Part shown: positions 1-10,688 of the stretch, piece after piece | Layout of the letters: each line of letters starts with the position of its first letter | How positions within the stretch are numbered: position 1 is the stretch's first letter | From: Trichomonas gallinae | Taxonomy: Eukaryota | Assembly (NCBI GenBank): GCA_008369845.1 | Contig: MRSU01005913.1 | Coordinates: 1-35,529 of the forward strand | Reading direction: 5' to 3' | Length of the DNA stretch: 35,529 bases | Notes under the pieces: model-generated | What the model saw: the letters and a program-made list of their open reading frames with translations, nothing else | The model's database searches: none | Told to the model about the DNA's origin: nothing | Program-made: the position numbers and the translations under genes

Positions 1-6
1 AAAAAA
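1..6 (-). terminator. Pol III oligo-T terminator of the tRNA
   Basis: Six A on the plus strand (TTTTTT on minus) directly after the tRNA discriminator base; the run is cut by the window edge. Confidence 0.75.
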
Positions 7-78
7 TGTCCCAGGCCAGAATCGAACTGGCCTCTGATCCGTGTCAAGGATCCATTCTAACCAATATACTACTGGGAC
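7..78 (-). tRNA. tRNA-Val, anticodon GAC
   Basis: Minus strand reads GTCCCAG-TA-GTAT-ATTGGTTA-GAAT-G-GATCC-TTGACAC-GGATC-AGAG-GCCAG-TTCGATT-CTGGC-CTGGGAC-A. It has a 7-bp acceptor stem, 5-bp anticodon and T stems, a TTC loop and discriminator A73. The D stem is weak (one A-A mismatch). Confidence 0.93.
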
Positions 79-173
79 TTCAATTTCTTCATTAATATTT
101 ATCTTTATTACCTAATATTATTCCCATTAGCTAAAATTTTTAAACGTCTACAACAATATCAAAATCGACAACA

Positions 174-1544
174 ATGGAACCAAGACAAGTTAAAACAACG
201 AAGAAGTCAGCGTCGGTTATAAAAAAGGTAAAATTAGGTCCTGGTTCATTTCGTAACGATGAAGAACGCCAGCGAGTTCTAAATCTTCAACAACAAATCG
301 AAGCGCGTGAAGAAGAATTAAACAAGGTTCGCGAACAACTTGCTAGGAATGATGAGACCGATATTAGTGCAGCACAACTTGAATTAAATCATTTGCAAAG
401 CGCTTTCGATATCGTTAAATCAAAATGCGATGCAAAATTACTTCCTACAGTCGAAAAATACAACAGAGCACGATCAATATACGAAGGTATACTCAAAGCT
501 GTCGATTCCTTCCAAAAATCAGCTAAAGAAAGAGATAATTCAGTAATTTCGATGCAAGATCGCATTAAAGCCTTAACATCCGAACTCGACACACCCGATA
601 ACGTTAAATACGACGAAACACCCGTCTATCCACTCCTCAAAAGTGTTTCAGATGCTCAAACAGACATAGATACAAACGAATTAAATTCACAGATGTCAGC
701 GCTTCAAGAAAAAATGATAAATCACATCAACACGACATTATCAAAGCAGCTCAAAGAATCTAAGGACAGAGAATTGCGCGCGCAAAGGCGAACGCAGATT
801 ACTTTAGAAGAATCAGGGCAGCTGTTCGAGCCACAAGGAATGATTATTGATCACGAGTGGGTCATGGCTAAACACAAAATGGAAAAACTGAAAATCATTT
901 TGGAAGACGCGAAAAGGTCGAATGAATATCTTAAAGAGACAGCAGAGAAGATCAATGCTGGTAATAAACTAACACAGGAAGAACTCGATAAATGCAAAGC
1001 TGAATTGAAAGGATTAGCGAAATATTTACCAGAAGCACCTCATCAAGATGGGCCTAAGAAAGGTGAAGGTGTTTCACGCGGTGATCTCACTATTGTTGAA
1101 GCGGAGAAAGATATTAGCGATGTTCTGCTGACAGTTGCAAAGGCCAAGCAGAAAATAACGAAGTCAACACTTGAGAAACTCAAAGCGAAACTTGCCGAGA
1201 TGCCGAATGTTCTCGAAAAATACCAGCAAGACTTAGAACAGACAAAAATCGAGCGCGATAACGTTGAGAATGCCTTGCTAAAGGCAACACAGCTCAAGGC
1301 AGAGCTTCTATCACGCAAACAGTTCGCAGAAGAAGAAAAGTCACTTCTTATCGAGAGAATCGAGGAGCAAAAGAAGGAACTCGAACGCGTGCAACAGGAG
1401 AAAGAGAATGTCGAGAAAGTCATTGAAAGGCAGAAGACAATCATGATGTTGAACGAGCAGCTCGTCAATCTCAAGAACACTGACTTTGACAGACTCACGT
1501 CCACACTATCCAACTTGATTAATATCAAGAGTCGTCTTGAATAA
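174..1544 (+). CDS. Uncharacterised coiled-coil protein (456 aa)
   Basis: Long ATG-initiated ORF with E/K/Q/L-rich heptad character throughout; no recognisable catalytic motif. Confidence 0.85.
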   Translation: MEPRQVKTTKKSASVIKKVKLGPGSFRNDEERQRVLNLQQQIEAREEELNKVREQLARNDETDISAAQLELNHLQSAFDIVKSKCDAKLLPTVEKYNRARSIYEGILKAVDSFQKSAKERDNSVISMQDRIKALTSELDTPDNVKYDETPVYPLLKSVSDAQTDIDTNELNSQMSALQEKMINHINTTLSKQLKESKDRELRAQRRTQITLEESGQLFEPQGMIIDHEWVMAKHKMEKLKIILEDAKRSNEYLKETAEKINAGNKLTQEELDKCKAELKGLAKYLPEAPHQDGPKKGEGVSRGDLTIVEAEKDISDVLLTVAKAKQKITKSTLEKLKAKLAEMPNVLEKYQQDLEQTKIERDNVENALLKATQLKAELLSRKQFAEEEKSLLIERIEEQKKELERVQQEKENVEKVIERQKTIMMLNEQLVNLKNTDFDRLTSTLSNLINIKSRLE

Positions 1545-1902
1545 AATATGTTTTTTTGTTTTTGGTTAAATTATCTATTTGTAATCAAAATATGCTCTAT
1601 TACAAAAGAAATTGTTCTAATCTCTTATCATAACAGATTTGAAAAATTATCTTGTTCTTCAAATGATTTCTAGGTTTATTTAAGAGCTCATAATCTTGTA
1701 AGAACCATCTAATGATTCTATTGTAGTTTTTCCTTGAATTATTTTTATGAATTTAACAATCAAATCAATATAAGATTTTTACATCATCATACACTATGTT
1801 GAAGGTAGTATATTGATATTTCTTGTATATGAAAGCTTATATACAATTATTTGACATATTTTTGTGGTATTTAAAATATTTTGTCATTGTAAATAAAATT
1901 AA

Positions 1903-2793
1903 ATGTTTACGTGGCAAATTTCAGAAATGAATAAACAAGTGCTAGAACTGGCCGAAAGCTTAATTCTAGCACTTGGGGATCAGAGAATTGCCGGGAAATA
2001 CTTTAAATTAAAAGAAAGACTGATAGAACAGAAAATACAACAGATGATTCAAGAAATTAAAGTTGAAAATGCGAAAATTTCGAAAGATATTAAATATAAT
2101 GAAATAATAAATAGTTGTAATTCGTTAGAAGAGTGTTATTCCGCTTATATATCACATCTAATTGCAGACTTTTCTGCTGATGTCGAAGTTGAATCTGATA
2201 CATCTTTAAATGATTTTTCAAACATAATAAAAAACTCAATAGAATACAGCAGTGAGTGCATTACAAGCCTAAAATATGAAAATGAAGAACTTAACGAGAA
2301 AATTAAATCTATCGACGAAGATCATGCAGCAAATCTCGAATATTTTTCTGATAAAATCGTCGAATACCGTGATATTCATGAGAAATATCAACAAGAAGGA
2401 AAAGATCGAATTGCTCAATATGAAACAAACTTCGAATCAATCCAAAAACAGACTCTAGCAACAAAAGATGAGAATGAGGAACTCATGGTTCTTAACAAAT
2501 CATTTGAATCTCAATACAATGAAAAAGTTTCAAATCTAAAACAATTACTATCATATCTTGATGCGAGATCAAAAGAATTTGAAGAAACAAGAAAGAGGCA
2601 TCAACTATTTGTGAAAGATCTCGAATTCAAACAAAATCAGATTAATTCTTTAAGAAACACAGTGTATTCATCATTAAATGGAGCTACATCAAGAGATATT
2701 GAACGAATCAAATCGTTAGAGGCTGATATATCAATGACTGTTAAAAAGAATGATCAGTTGCAGCTTGAGCTTAACAGAGTAACATTTTCATAG
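1903..2793 (+). CDS. Uncharacterised coiled-coil protein (~290 aa)
   Basis: 296-aa E/K/N-rich ORF; alternative start at 1927 (MNKQ). Confidence 0.78.
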   Translation: MFTWQISEMNKQVLELAESLILALGDQRIAGKYFKLKERLIEQKIQQMIQEIKVENAKISKDIKYNEIINSCNSLEECYSAYISHLIADFSADVEVESDTSLNDFSNIIKNSIEYSSECITSLKYENEELNEKIKSIDEDHAANLEYFSDKIVEYRDIHEKYQQEGKDRIAQYETNFESIQKQTLATKDENEELMVLNKSFESQYNEKVSNLKQLLSYLDARSKEFEETRKRHQLFVKDLEFKQNQINSLRNTVYSSLNGATSRDIERIKSLEADISMTVKKNDQLQLELNRVTFS

Positions 2794-3422
2794 TCAAGTT
2801 TTGCAAATATTAACTTTATTCAAACAAAAAGACTTGAAAAAAGCTTATTCGACAAAATCATTCATGATTTTACTTCGAAAAATGAGAATTCAATTACCAA
2901 TTTCGAGCATTATAATATTTAGTTTCTAGCGTTCATCTTAACGCTGTACACACAAATCTAATTGGATTGATTAATTCTCAACTGAATATCAATATTTTGT
3001 ACATTTAACAATTTAATAGTATTACAAGAAGATGTTATATTCTCGACTTAACATGCAATATTGATATTATTAATAAAATTTCAATCAAAATATTAATTTA
3101 TTTCTTCATAATATCAAGATTATATAATAACTATTTATGATTTAATTCCCAAGAAGATATTTTTAGAATTTAATTTAAGAAAAATAAAAATAGCATTGTA
3201 ATGAAAAAATTTTCATATTTTCATATTCTTTGTAGAAACAACTTTATTAAAATGTAAATAAATTCCAAATTATTAGTTTGTTATTTCGAGAATTCTTGAC
3301 TATTTTCGATTTTAATTTGGTTTTTGGATGTTTTATGTGATAAAATAGCTAAATATAAATAAAAATCGAAATTCTAAAAAAAATCATACAAACGAAAAAT
3401 TGACAAATCCGTTATTTTAGAA

Positions 3423-4952
3423 ATGGAGAATCCTGCTGAAGTTCAGGAACTTAGAAACAAACTTCGTATGATGAAGTTCCCACAGGATGAAATCCTCAAC
3501 ACTGTTCGCAAACAGCAGCGCGCCATTCATAAACAGAAACAAGCCAACGAAACAATCCGCCAGGAATGTGTCGAGTACCAGGCCCAGATAGACGCATACG
3601 ATCAGGCTGTTGCAGCTCATGACAGCAACGAAGATCTCAACTCCCTTAAAAACACAGAAAAGAACCTTTCGAACAAATTGAGCGTTTTATCTGCCGACTA
3701 CGCTGCCGAAGACCAGAAGCGCCGCGAGCTCGAGGACAAGGTCTCCAAGGCAAGATCAGCCGTCGGAGGAATGTACGCTCAATCTCGCGAAATCGAGGAG
3801 TCTCAGGCGAAGATCCGTACAATGGAGAACCGCCTCGACAAGTCTCTCGTTCGCTACAACAACAACCTCACTCAGCTCTCCGAGAAACGCAACCAGATTG
3901 ATGAGCTTAGAAAGGATAGAACAACATTCCGCCAAGTTATCGAGAAATCTAAGGCAGAATGCGCCGCTCTCGCTGCTACAATTGAGGACCAGATCAGAAC
4001 ATCCAACGACTCTTACTCTCAGAGAGATAACTTGAAGATGTGCATAGCCGAGTTGAAGAATAATGAAGCAGCTGAAATTCAGCACTTCGAAAGCGATATG
4101 GATCGCCTTACACAGACAATCGAAGGCCAGAGGATCGCCTCAAACAGACCACACGAGCAGCTTCAGTCTGTTCCAACAATTATCTCACAGAGCGGCACTT
4201 CCGAGGCCCAGGACGAGATCACAAAGCAGACAGAAGAGTTCCAGGCACAGATCAGCCGCACACTCGAGCTTCTTAACATGAAATCAACAGAAGAATTATT
4301 CCAGGAGGCAGAAAACCTCGAAAGAGAGAACTTCTCACTCTTCAACTTTGTTGTTGAGCACGGTGCAACACGCACACGCCTTACAGATGAAATTTCAGCT
4401 CTTGAAATGCAGCATGATGCAATCTTATCACATTCACAGTCAAACGACGAGTCTCAGGCTCGCGAACTCGAAGAGATCACAAATGATATCGAAGAAACAA
4501 AGAACCAGCTTAATGAATTAGAGAATCAGAAGAAAGCCTCAGAAGACGCCTTCAAGGAGAACTACCAGAAGATCGATGAGCTCTATCAGCTCCTCGGCTG
4601 CTCATGGGAGAAGTCCCCAGACGAGAAGTCAACAGTAACAAGTGCCAATGTTATGTTCGCACTCACAAACATCGAAACAGCAATTATCGAGATAATGGAC
4701 AAGGTATCCGCCAAGGCTAAGTCCGCTTTCGATGTACAGCCGGAGTCTAGATCGCAGGCTGGATTAGATTCATTCAAGCCAGAGAAGGAGAAGAAGCACG
4801 TTCTCGAGAGAATCGATGATAATGCACTCAAGACACTCGAGACATGCAACGAACCACTCTCCCTTGATGACGTTAGAAAGCTTATCAAGGACCCAAGTTC
4901 ACCAAATACTACACAGAATAATAACAATACACAGCCTGTTGAACAAGAATAA
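3423..4952 (+). CDS. Outer dynein arm docking complex subunit, ODAD1/CCDC114/CCDC63 (ODA-DC2) family
   Basis: Coiled coil with family blocks IRTMENRLDKSLVRYN...RNQIDELRKDRTTF and ENFSLFNFV; biased codon usage. Confidence 0.8.
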   Translation: MENPAEVQELRNKLRMMKFPQDEILNTVRKQQRAIHKQKQANETIRQECVEYQAQIDAYDQAVAAHDSNEDLNSLKNTEKNLSNKLSVLSADYAAEDQKRRELEDKVSKARSAVGGMYAQSREIEESQAKIRTMENRLDKSLVRYNNNLTQLSEKRNQIDELRKDRTTFRQVIEKSKAECAALAATIEDQIRTSNDSYSQRDNLKMCIAELKNNEAAEIQHFESDMDRLTQTIEGQRIASNRPHEQLQSVPTIISQSGTSEAQDEITKQTEEFQAQISRTLELLNMKSTEELFQEAENLERENFSLFNFVVEHGATRTRLTDEISALEMQHDAILSHSQSNDESQARELEEITNDIEETKNQLNELENQKKASEDAFKENYQKIDELYQLLGCSWEKSPDEKSTVTSANVMFALTNIETAIIEIMDKVSAKAKSAFDVQPESRSQAGLDSFKPEKEKKHVLERIDDNALKTLETCNEPLSLDDVRKLIKDPSSPNTTQNNNNTQPVEQE

Positions 4953-5049
4953 GTTGATTTTTTTATATTTTTTTGATTTTAAAAGAGCTTTTTATAATAT
5001 TAGATTTTTAATGCTTTTTTAAAACTTATGGCACTGACATCCACTCAAA

Positions 5050-5640
5050 ATAATAATTAAAATCGAATTCATTAAAATGGATTTTAATTCAAACTTTTAA
5101 ATCAAATTAACTTCTCCATTTGTGGAAGCATACTATTCTATGCACTGCATCATTATTGCATTGAAGCGCATAACATTAATGAACATTTTAGTAAATTATT
5201 CATAATGAATAAAATAATTTATAAAGTTGAAATTATTGTATTTTCGAGTGTAAGCATGTAGATTTTGTTGCTGAAAGAAATTCAATCGCACGATTATTGA
5301 GTCCAAACAGGGTCGATTGGCAGACATAATAGCTTGATGATGATGCTGAGAGTCGACTATTGCTGTGTTCATGTGTTATGTATTTCCTGTGTAAAAGTCA
5401 GCCCATTCCTCCACGAGGAATTTCAACACATCTGTCGAATATTCGAAAATCAAAAAAAGAAATTGTGAATATAATTTGTCACTTGCTGCAATGCAATCAG
5501 TGTTAGAACCTTCACCATTGATATGATAATTGTTGACAAAAGTTGAAAATTTTGTGTCTAATTGTCTGGGATGAATTTGAGTTTGTTGATGCTTTGATAT
5601 TCTCATGCTAATAGTACTAATTATGCTAATATATAACTGC
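5050..5640 (-). pseudogene. Possible degraded ankyrin-repeat gene relic
   Basis: Stop- and frameshift-interrupted fragments DVLKFLVEEWADF, HQAIMSANRPCLDSII and YASTNGEVNLI resemble ankyrin consensus helices. Confidence 0.3.
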
Positions 5641-5795
5641 AACTATATACTTTCCAGGAAAAATATGAAAAATATCACATTAAAAAGAAAAATTATATTA
5701 AAAATAGGATCTATATATTGGTTAAATGCTATATTTGAAGAAAAAATGAAAAATTATTTTTGGAAATTCTTCAGAACGATTATTTCAAAATCAAA

Positions 5796-7430
5796 ATGAA
5801 TGCAAATGCTTCACTTCGCTCATATGTTGAGTCTATCATGAATTGCATTCAGGGGACTAAAATCCTTCTCCTCGATGACGAAACTACTAAAATCATTGGC
5901 CTTATTTATTCAAAAACAGAGTTGTTATCTCAAGATGTTGTATTAATCGAGTCAATTTCGCAAGTTATTAATAAACCAGTCGATGAAGCACTTAAAACAA
6001 TCCAGTGTGTTTGCATTTTAAAGCCTACACATGAAATTATTCGCGCTTTGTCGAATGAATTAAATACACCGCATTATGGCAGCTATAACTTATTCTTTAC
6101 TAATGTACTTAGCCAAGGTTTCCTCACGCAGCTTGCTTTCGCTGATCATTCTCGTAAAGTTGTCGTTGTTCACGAAATTTTCTTATACGGATATGCATTA
6201 AATCGTCGTTTGTTCTCTTTGGGAATACCAACATGCATCAATGCACTCAAAAGCAATATCGACGACCCCAAATTGCCGGAAATAGTTGATGGTATATTTT
6301 CAATGTTGTGCGCGCTTAAATTAAAATGCGATATCAGGTACGATCGTAAAAGCTCGATTAGCAAGAGAGTGTCTGAGAAGCTCCGCTCCCTCATAGACAT
6401 GCGCCAGGAATACTTCATATCTGGAGAATCGGATAACCGTGCTCTTTTGTTGATTTTAGATCGCAGATCAGATGCAATTACGCCAATGCTCCATCACTGG
6501 GGATATGCAGAGATTTTGCATGAAGGATTAACTATTGATAACAATGTTGTCACGTTAAATGATGGATCTAGCAAGCAATTGGTTGTAGATGAGCGCACAG
6601 ATGATTTCTGGGCGGAGCATCTCTTTCATAGCTTTCCAGATGTTAATAATGCAATCCAAGATCTTGGAAAACAGCTTGGAAAGATTCCAAATCCAACAGA
6701 GATCAAGAATTTTGATGACTTAAAGTCGTTTATTCAGAACTTCCCTGTTGCAAAAGGAAGACAAGAAAAATATTCCAAACATCTTTCCTTATTATCGGCT
6801 GCAAACTCAGCATTCAACTCAGAAGCCGTCATTGCTCGTACTGGTGCCATAGAGCAAGAAATTGCTGTTGATAATGACCCGAGAGTTGTAAATCAAATTA
6901 TTCAAGAAATGGAACATGGAAACTTCAACGTTATCAACAGATTAGCTACATTATACTGCCTCAAATTCGAGAAATCACAGAGCAATATCGAACTTCTTCG
7001 CCAAAAATTAGGAGAATTCCCTCGCGGTGATGTTATCTTGAATAATATAGATAGAATTTTACAGTTCGCTGGCTCAAGCTACTCCAACAGAGATTTTTCT
7101 GTTGTTAACCAGTTTGTTTCCAGATTTAGCGGATTAATCGGTCAAATGACAAACGAAGAGAACTCTTTGATGAGGTACCATGCGCCAATTGAATCGATCC
7201 TCAAAGGCATCAGAGAAGGAAACTTATCTTCCGAAGAATTCCCAGGTTGCCCAGAAATGCAGATGAGGCCATACCAGCGCGCTATTGTTTTCTATATTGG
7301 TGGAGCAACTTATACAGAGGCTAAAGCTGCTGATGCAGCTTCGGCTACTACAGGAAATAAATTTGATGTGGTGGTTGGTGGAACATTTGTTCATAATTTC
7401 AAGTCTTTCCTCAATGAATGTACGAATTGA
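5796..7430 (+). CDS. VPS45: Sec1/Munc18 family protein, Vps45-like
   Basis: KILLLDDETTKIIGLIYSKTELLSQDV, LLLILDRRSDAITPMLHHW, KHLSLLS and IVFYIGGATYTEA...VVGGTFVHN. First ATG is at 5796; the ORF track starts at a TTG. Confidence 0.88.
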   Translation: MNANASLRSYVESIMNCIQGTKILLLDDETTKIIGLIYSKTELLSQDVVLIESISQVINKPVDEALKTIQCVCILKPTHEIIRALSNELNTPHYGSYNLFFTNVLSQGFLTQLAFADHSRKVVVVHEIFLYGYALNRRLFSLGIPTCINALKSNIDDPKLPEIVDGIFSMLCALKLKCDIRYDRKSSISKRVSEKLRSLIDMRQEYFISGESDNRALLLILDRRSDAITPMLHHWGYAEILHEGLTIDNNVVTLNDGSSKQLVVDERTDDFWAEHLFHSFPDVNNAIQDLGKQLGKIPNPTEIKNFDDLKSFIQNFPVAKGRQEKYSKHLSLLSAANSAFNSEAVIARTGAIEQEIAVDNDPRVVNQIIQEMEHGNFNVINRLATLYCLKFEKSQSNIELLRQKLGEFPRGDVILNNIDRILQFAGSSYSNRDFSVVNQFVSRFSGLIGQMTNEENSLMRYHAPIESILKGIREGNLSSEEFPGCPEMQMRPYQRAIVFYIGGATYTEAKAADAASATTGNKFDVVVGGTFVHNFKSFLNECTN

Positions 7431-8857
7431 TATTTATTATAAATAAACTATTATTATTGATTGTTAATTTAAATTAATTTCGACATTTTTATAGAAATAT
7501 CTGATTTCACACTCTCAACACTAGCCATGAAGACATACGAAAGATGTAGAATCATCTTTGAAGTTTAAGGTGAAAAAAATCTTAGGATTAAAAAGTTGCA
7601 TTTTCTCTTATATATGTACATATATGTATTGATTTATGATGGATTGTATCATTAATGAAGGATTAGTATGAGTCTTCGGTAGTGTTTTGTTCATATAACT
7701 ATCCTATGAAAACTTTCGTGAATGCAAAAATTGACGAGAAAAAAAGCTGATTTGAATATGATTGAAAAGTGACAAATTTTTAGAGAATAGCGAATCTCTA
7801 AAGTAGCAACACCTGAGTCACTCAAAAAGATTGCCGCTGGTAAATAGGACAAAAAGTAACAACATTTATCATGCTATTCTCATGATAACCAGAAGATTTT
7901 TTATTTGAATTCAGAATTTTAAAAGCAAAACATCGATAGAATCTATCAACATACTCAAAAAGTGATCTAGGTTCTTCTTAAAATGCTGAGATTCGAACAA
8001 AACAATGAATTGTTTCTAAAATATTTTTTTGTTTCGAAAGCTTTGTTCATCAAAACTACAAACTATAGTATCACATACGTTAACTTGCACGACTACAGTT
8101 AATTGAAATACATTTCATGCAAATTGTTTTCTTATACGCATTTGTCAAGCCATTACACTATTTTTAATTAAGAAAAACGAATCAAATGGTCAAAGTAGAT
8201 ACTATTTTGATAGACTTACTTGTTAGACATTTAATCATTAGATACGAGGATTCGATTTACAAATCATTACAAAGAAATTCCTTCATTATAAATATACATC
8301 CTGATTCTAGTATTGTTCTCAGTATATTCATTCCAATTTCACAAAAAAGTCTTTTTTCCGAATATTATACGAAGCATTGATCATAATTTTATTTGATCAT
8401 TTACTTTATATTTAGGAAACAACCGAATTCTCCATTGCTCAAAAGGATAAAATTAGAATTAAATTATATCTCCAAAATTTGTTCGGAAGTATATATTACA
8501 AGTCTGAGAATCAACTTATGATTCCAACAAAGGACATTATATTGCAAATAAAGTCCATATTCCATTAAATTTACTTTCAGAAAAAAAATTGAATCGTAAT
8601 AGATGCATTTCTTTGCATATCATTCATCTATATATAAATGCAAATTAATATCAACCATCTATATGACTATAGAAGCATTTACCAATTTAATGAAAAAAAT
8701 TCTAAGCGCAAGCAACAATGTTTCCAAAAGAAATATGCCCGTTACAATATGAGAAAGCACCATTTGCAGTCACTCGAATCTTCGTCGACGAAAAATAAAA
8801 ATTCTTACATTTATTTAGGGGTTTGCTATCGAAAACTAGGGTCCAAATTTATCTTCC

Positions 8858-10102
8858 ATGAAAAAACTTCATAAACTTGTAGTTCCTAACAAACCACCCG
8901 TAGTTTTATACTTGCAAAGGTCAGATGTGCAGTTCCATCTCCCTAAATTGATGAATAATTCTCCCACTAAAGCAATCTCTCCTGAAAAATTCGAAAATCC
9001 ATCGATACATGACTTCCAAGGGCCTGTGAAACCTAGTTTCTTTGCATCTACATACAGAGAATACCTCACTTCATATGAAAAATCCGAGATTCATAAATAC
9101 TTACAAATATATTACGTAAGACAAACAACACCAACAGAAAATAACGCGCCGAAGAAAGGTATCAAGTTTTATCCTTTCCAAGCAAATGAACATATTGCCT
9201 ATAGATACCAACAACTTCAAATTTTAGGTCAAGGTAGTTTTGGTTCAGTAATTAAGTGCATCGACCATAAAACTCATCAAAATGTTGCGATTAAAATGAT
9301 AAAAGATACAAAGCGTACTCATAAACAAATGGTTTTAGAATTAGATATCCTAAAACATTTGCAACTCAACGGTGATAACCATCATATTCTGCGTTACATC
9401 GATGTGTTTCAGTTTAGAAATTTCTTTTGCATCGTTATGGAGCTTCTTGGACCAAGTCTGCATACAGTTATACAAGAAAACGGATTTAAACCTTTAAATC
9501 CGTCTACAATCAAAACTGTTGCTGCACATCTTGCTAATGCAATACAATATATGCACGAATCTGATATAATTCATTGCGATATCAAACCTGATAATGTATT
9601 ATTTTCGCCCATCAGAAAAACATCATTACGAGTTATAGATTTCGGATGCAGCTGCTGGGTAGGAAAAACAATGTACGAATATATTCAATCAAGATATTAT
9701 CGAGCTCCAGAGGTAATTTTAAATCTAAAGTACTCAACAGGCATTGATGTGTGGAGCTATGGTTGTGTCTTATTCGAAATCGCAAATGGACGGCCTTTGT
9801 TCACTCCAGAAGATGAAGAAGAACTTTTCCATATGATGATTGAAGCTTTAGGTTCTCCTCCTCAGTCAATAATTAACAAAGCTGGAAAATTTTGCAGTTT
9901 TATTAAATCTGATAGAAAGATTCAACCTTATCAGAACAAAAGAACAGGGAAAGTTTACTTCCCTTTGGCTATGCCTTTTGAAAAGCGTATAAGCAACATG
10001 AGCGAAAGTTTTATAGATGTTATCAAAGCATGTTTAACTTGGGACCATGAAGTTCGTCCAAGTATGGCAGAAATCCTGAAAATGCCATACTTCCAAGAAT
10101 AA
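8858..10102 (+). CDS. CMGC protein kinase, class II DYRK
   Basis: NAPA-like LTSYEKSEI..YLQIYY, GQGSFG, VAIK, HCDIKPDN, DFGCSC and YEYIQSRYYRAPE. Confidence 0.92.
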   Translation: MKKLHKLVVPNKPPVVLYLQRSDVQFHLPKLMNNSPTKAISPEKFENPSIHDFQGPVKPSFFASTYREYLTSYEKSEIHKYLQIYYVRQTTPTENNAPKKGIKFYPFQANEHIAYRYQQLQILGQGSFGSVIKCIDHKTHQNVAIKMIKDTKRTHKQMVLELDILKHLQLNGDNHHILRYIDVFQFRNFFCIVMELLGPSLHTVIQENGFKPLNPSTIKTVAAHLANAIQYMHESDIIHCDIKPDNVLFSPIRKTSLRVIDFGCSCWVGKTMYEYIQSRYYRAPEVILNLKYSTGIDVWSYGCVLFEIANGRPLFTPEDEEELFHMMIEALGSPPQSIINKAGKFCSFIKSDRKIQPYQNKRTGKVYFPLAMPFEKRISNMSESFIDVIKACLTWDHEVRPSMAEILKMPYFQE

Positions 10103-10387
10103 TATATGATTTTATTTTAATATTTTTGTTATAATATATTAAATTGTTAGTATTCCTTAGTTTATTAATATTCAGTGTTATTCTCCATAACAATGAAATA
10201 ATTTAGCTAATCATGCATGATAATGTTATTTTTTTATTTTGATTAAAATAAATTATTCAAATCGGAATGTTCATATGAAAATTCATCCATAAATTCGGTG
10301 ATCAAAGCCGAAATCATATTGATTTTGTTGCCAATCAAACAATATTATATTTGAATTTTTAATATATTATTTTTCATACAAACTTTA

Positions 10388-10688
10388 TTAGTTAACATCT
10401 TTATCTGGATTTGTTGGATCGAAGTCATCTACACGCTTCTCAGCTGTTTCTGGATTTAAAGTAACAAAGGTAACATCTTCGCCTCTAATATAGAAATACT
10501 GATCTTCTTCCTTATTTATAACCTTTCCATCTTTATCTATATGTTTTCCTGGATAAATAACTACATTCATTACTTGATCGCCTGAAATAAGGGGACCAGT
10601 GAATATACTAAGATCCTTAGTCATTACTATTACGTCTTCTGTTTGTTAGAATAATAATTGTACGTCCAATATAATTTCCTACAGACAT
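10388..10688 (-). CDS. Sm/LSm-fold protein, LSm8-like (91 aa; exon 1 10664-10688, exon 2 10388-10638)
   Basis: The spliced product MSVGNYIGQDVIVMTKDLSIFTGPLISGDQVMNVVI...YFYIRGEDVTFV has complete Sm1 (V.V.T.D...F.G.L...DQ.MN.VI) and Sm2 (IRG..V) motifs plus an acidic tail. Confidence 0.85.
10639..10663 (-). other. 25-nt spliceosomal intron (trichomonad short type)
   Basis: GTACAATTATTATTCTAACAAACAG has a GT donor and the branch point TCTAAC fused to an AACAG acceptor. Removing it joins an upstream ATG in frame (phase 1). Confidence 0.88.

Noticed and set aside
961..977. GTAATAAACTAACACAG looks like a GT...CTAAC...AG micro-intron in the first ORF
   Set aside because: It is only 17 nt, the branch-to-AG spacing is shorter than the trichomonad consensus, and removal would frameshift an intact ORF.
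7610..7625. 16-bp palindrome ATATATGTACATATAT
   Set aside because: Low-complexity TA-repeat context.
7790..8030. Alternative genetic code (TAA/TAG read as sense) to explain stop-containing frames
   Set aside because: All well-supported genes in the window end at TAA, TAG or TGA and contain none internally.
8186..8874. Short ORFs of 64 and 78 aa upstream of the first DYRK
   Set aside because: AT-rich intergenic composition with no motifs or codon bias.
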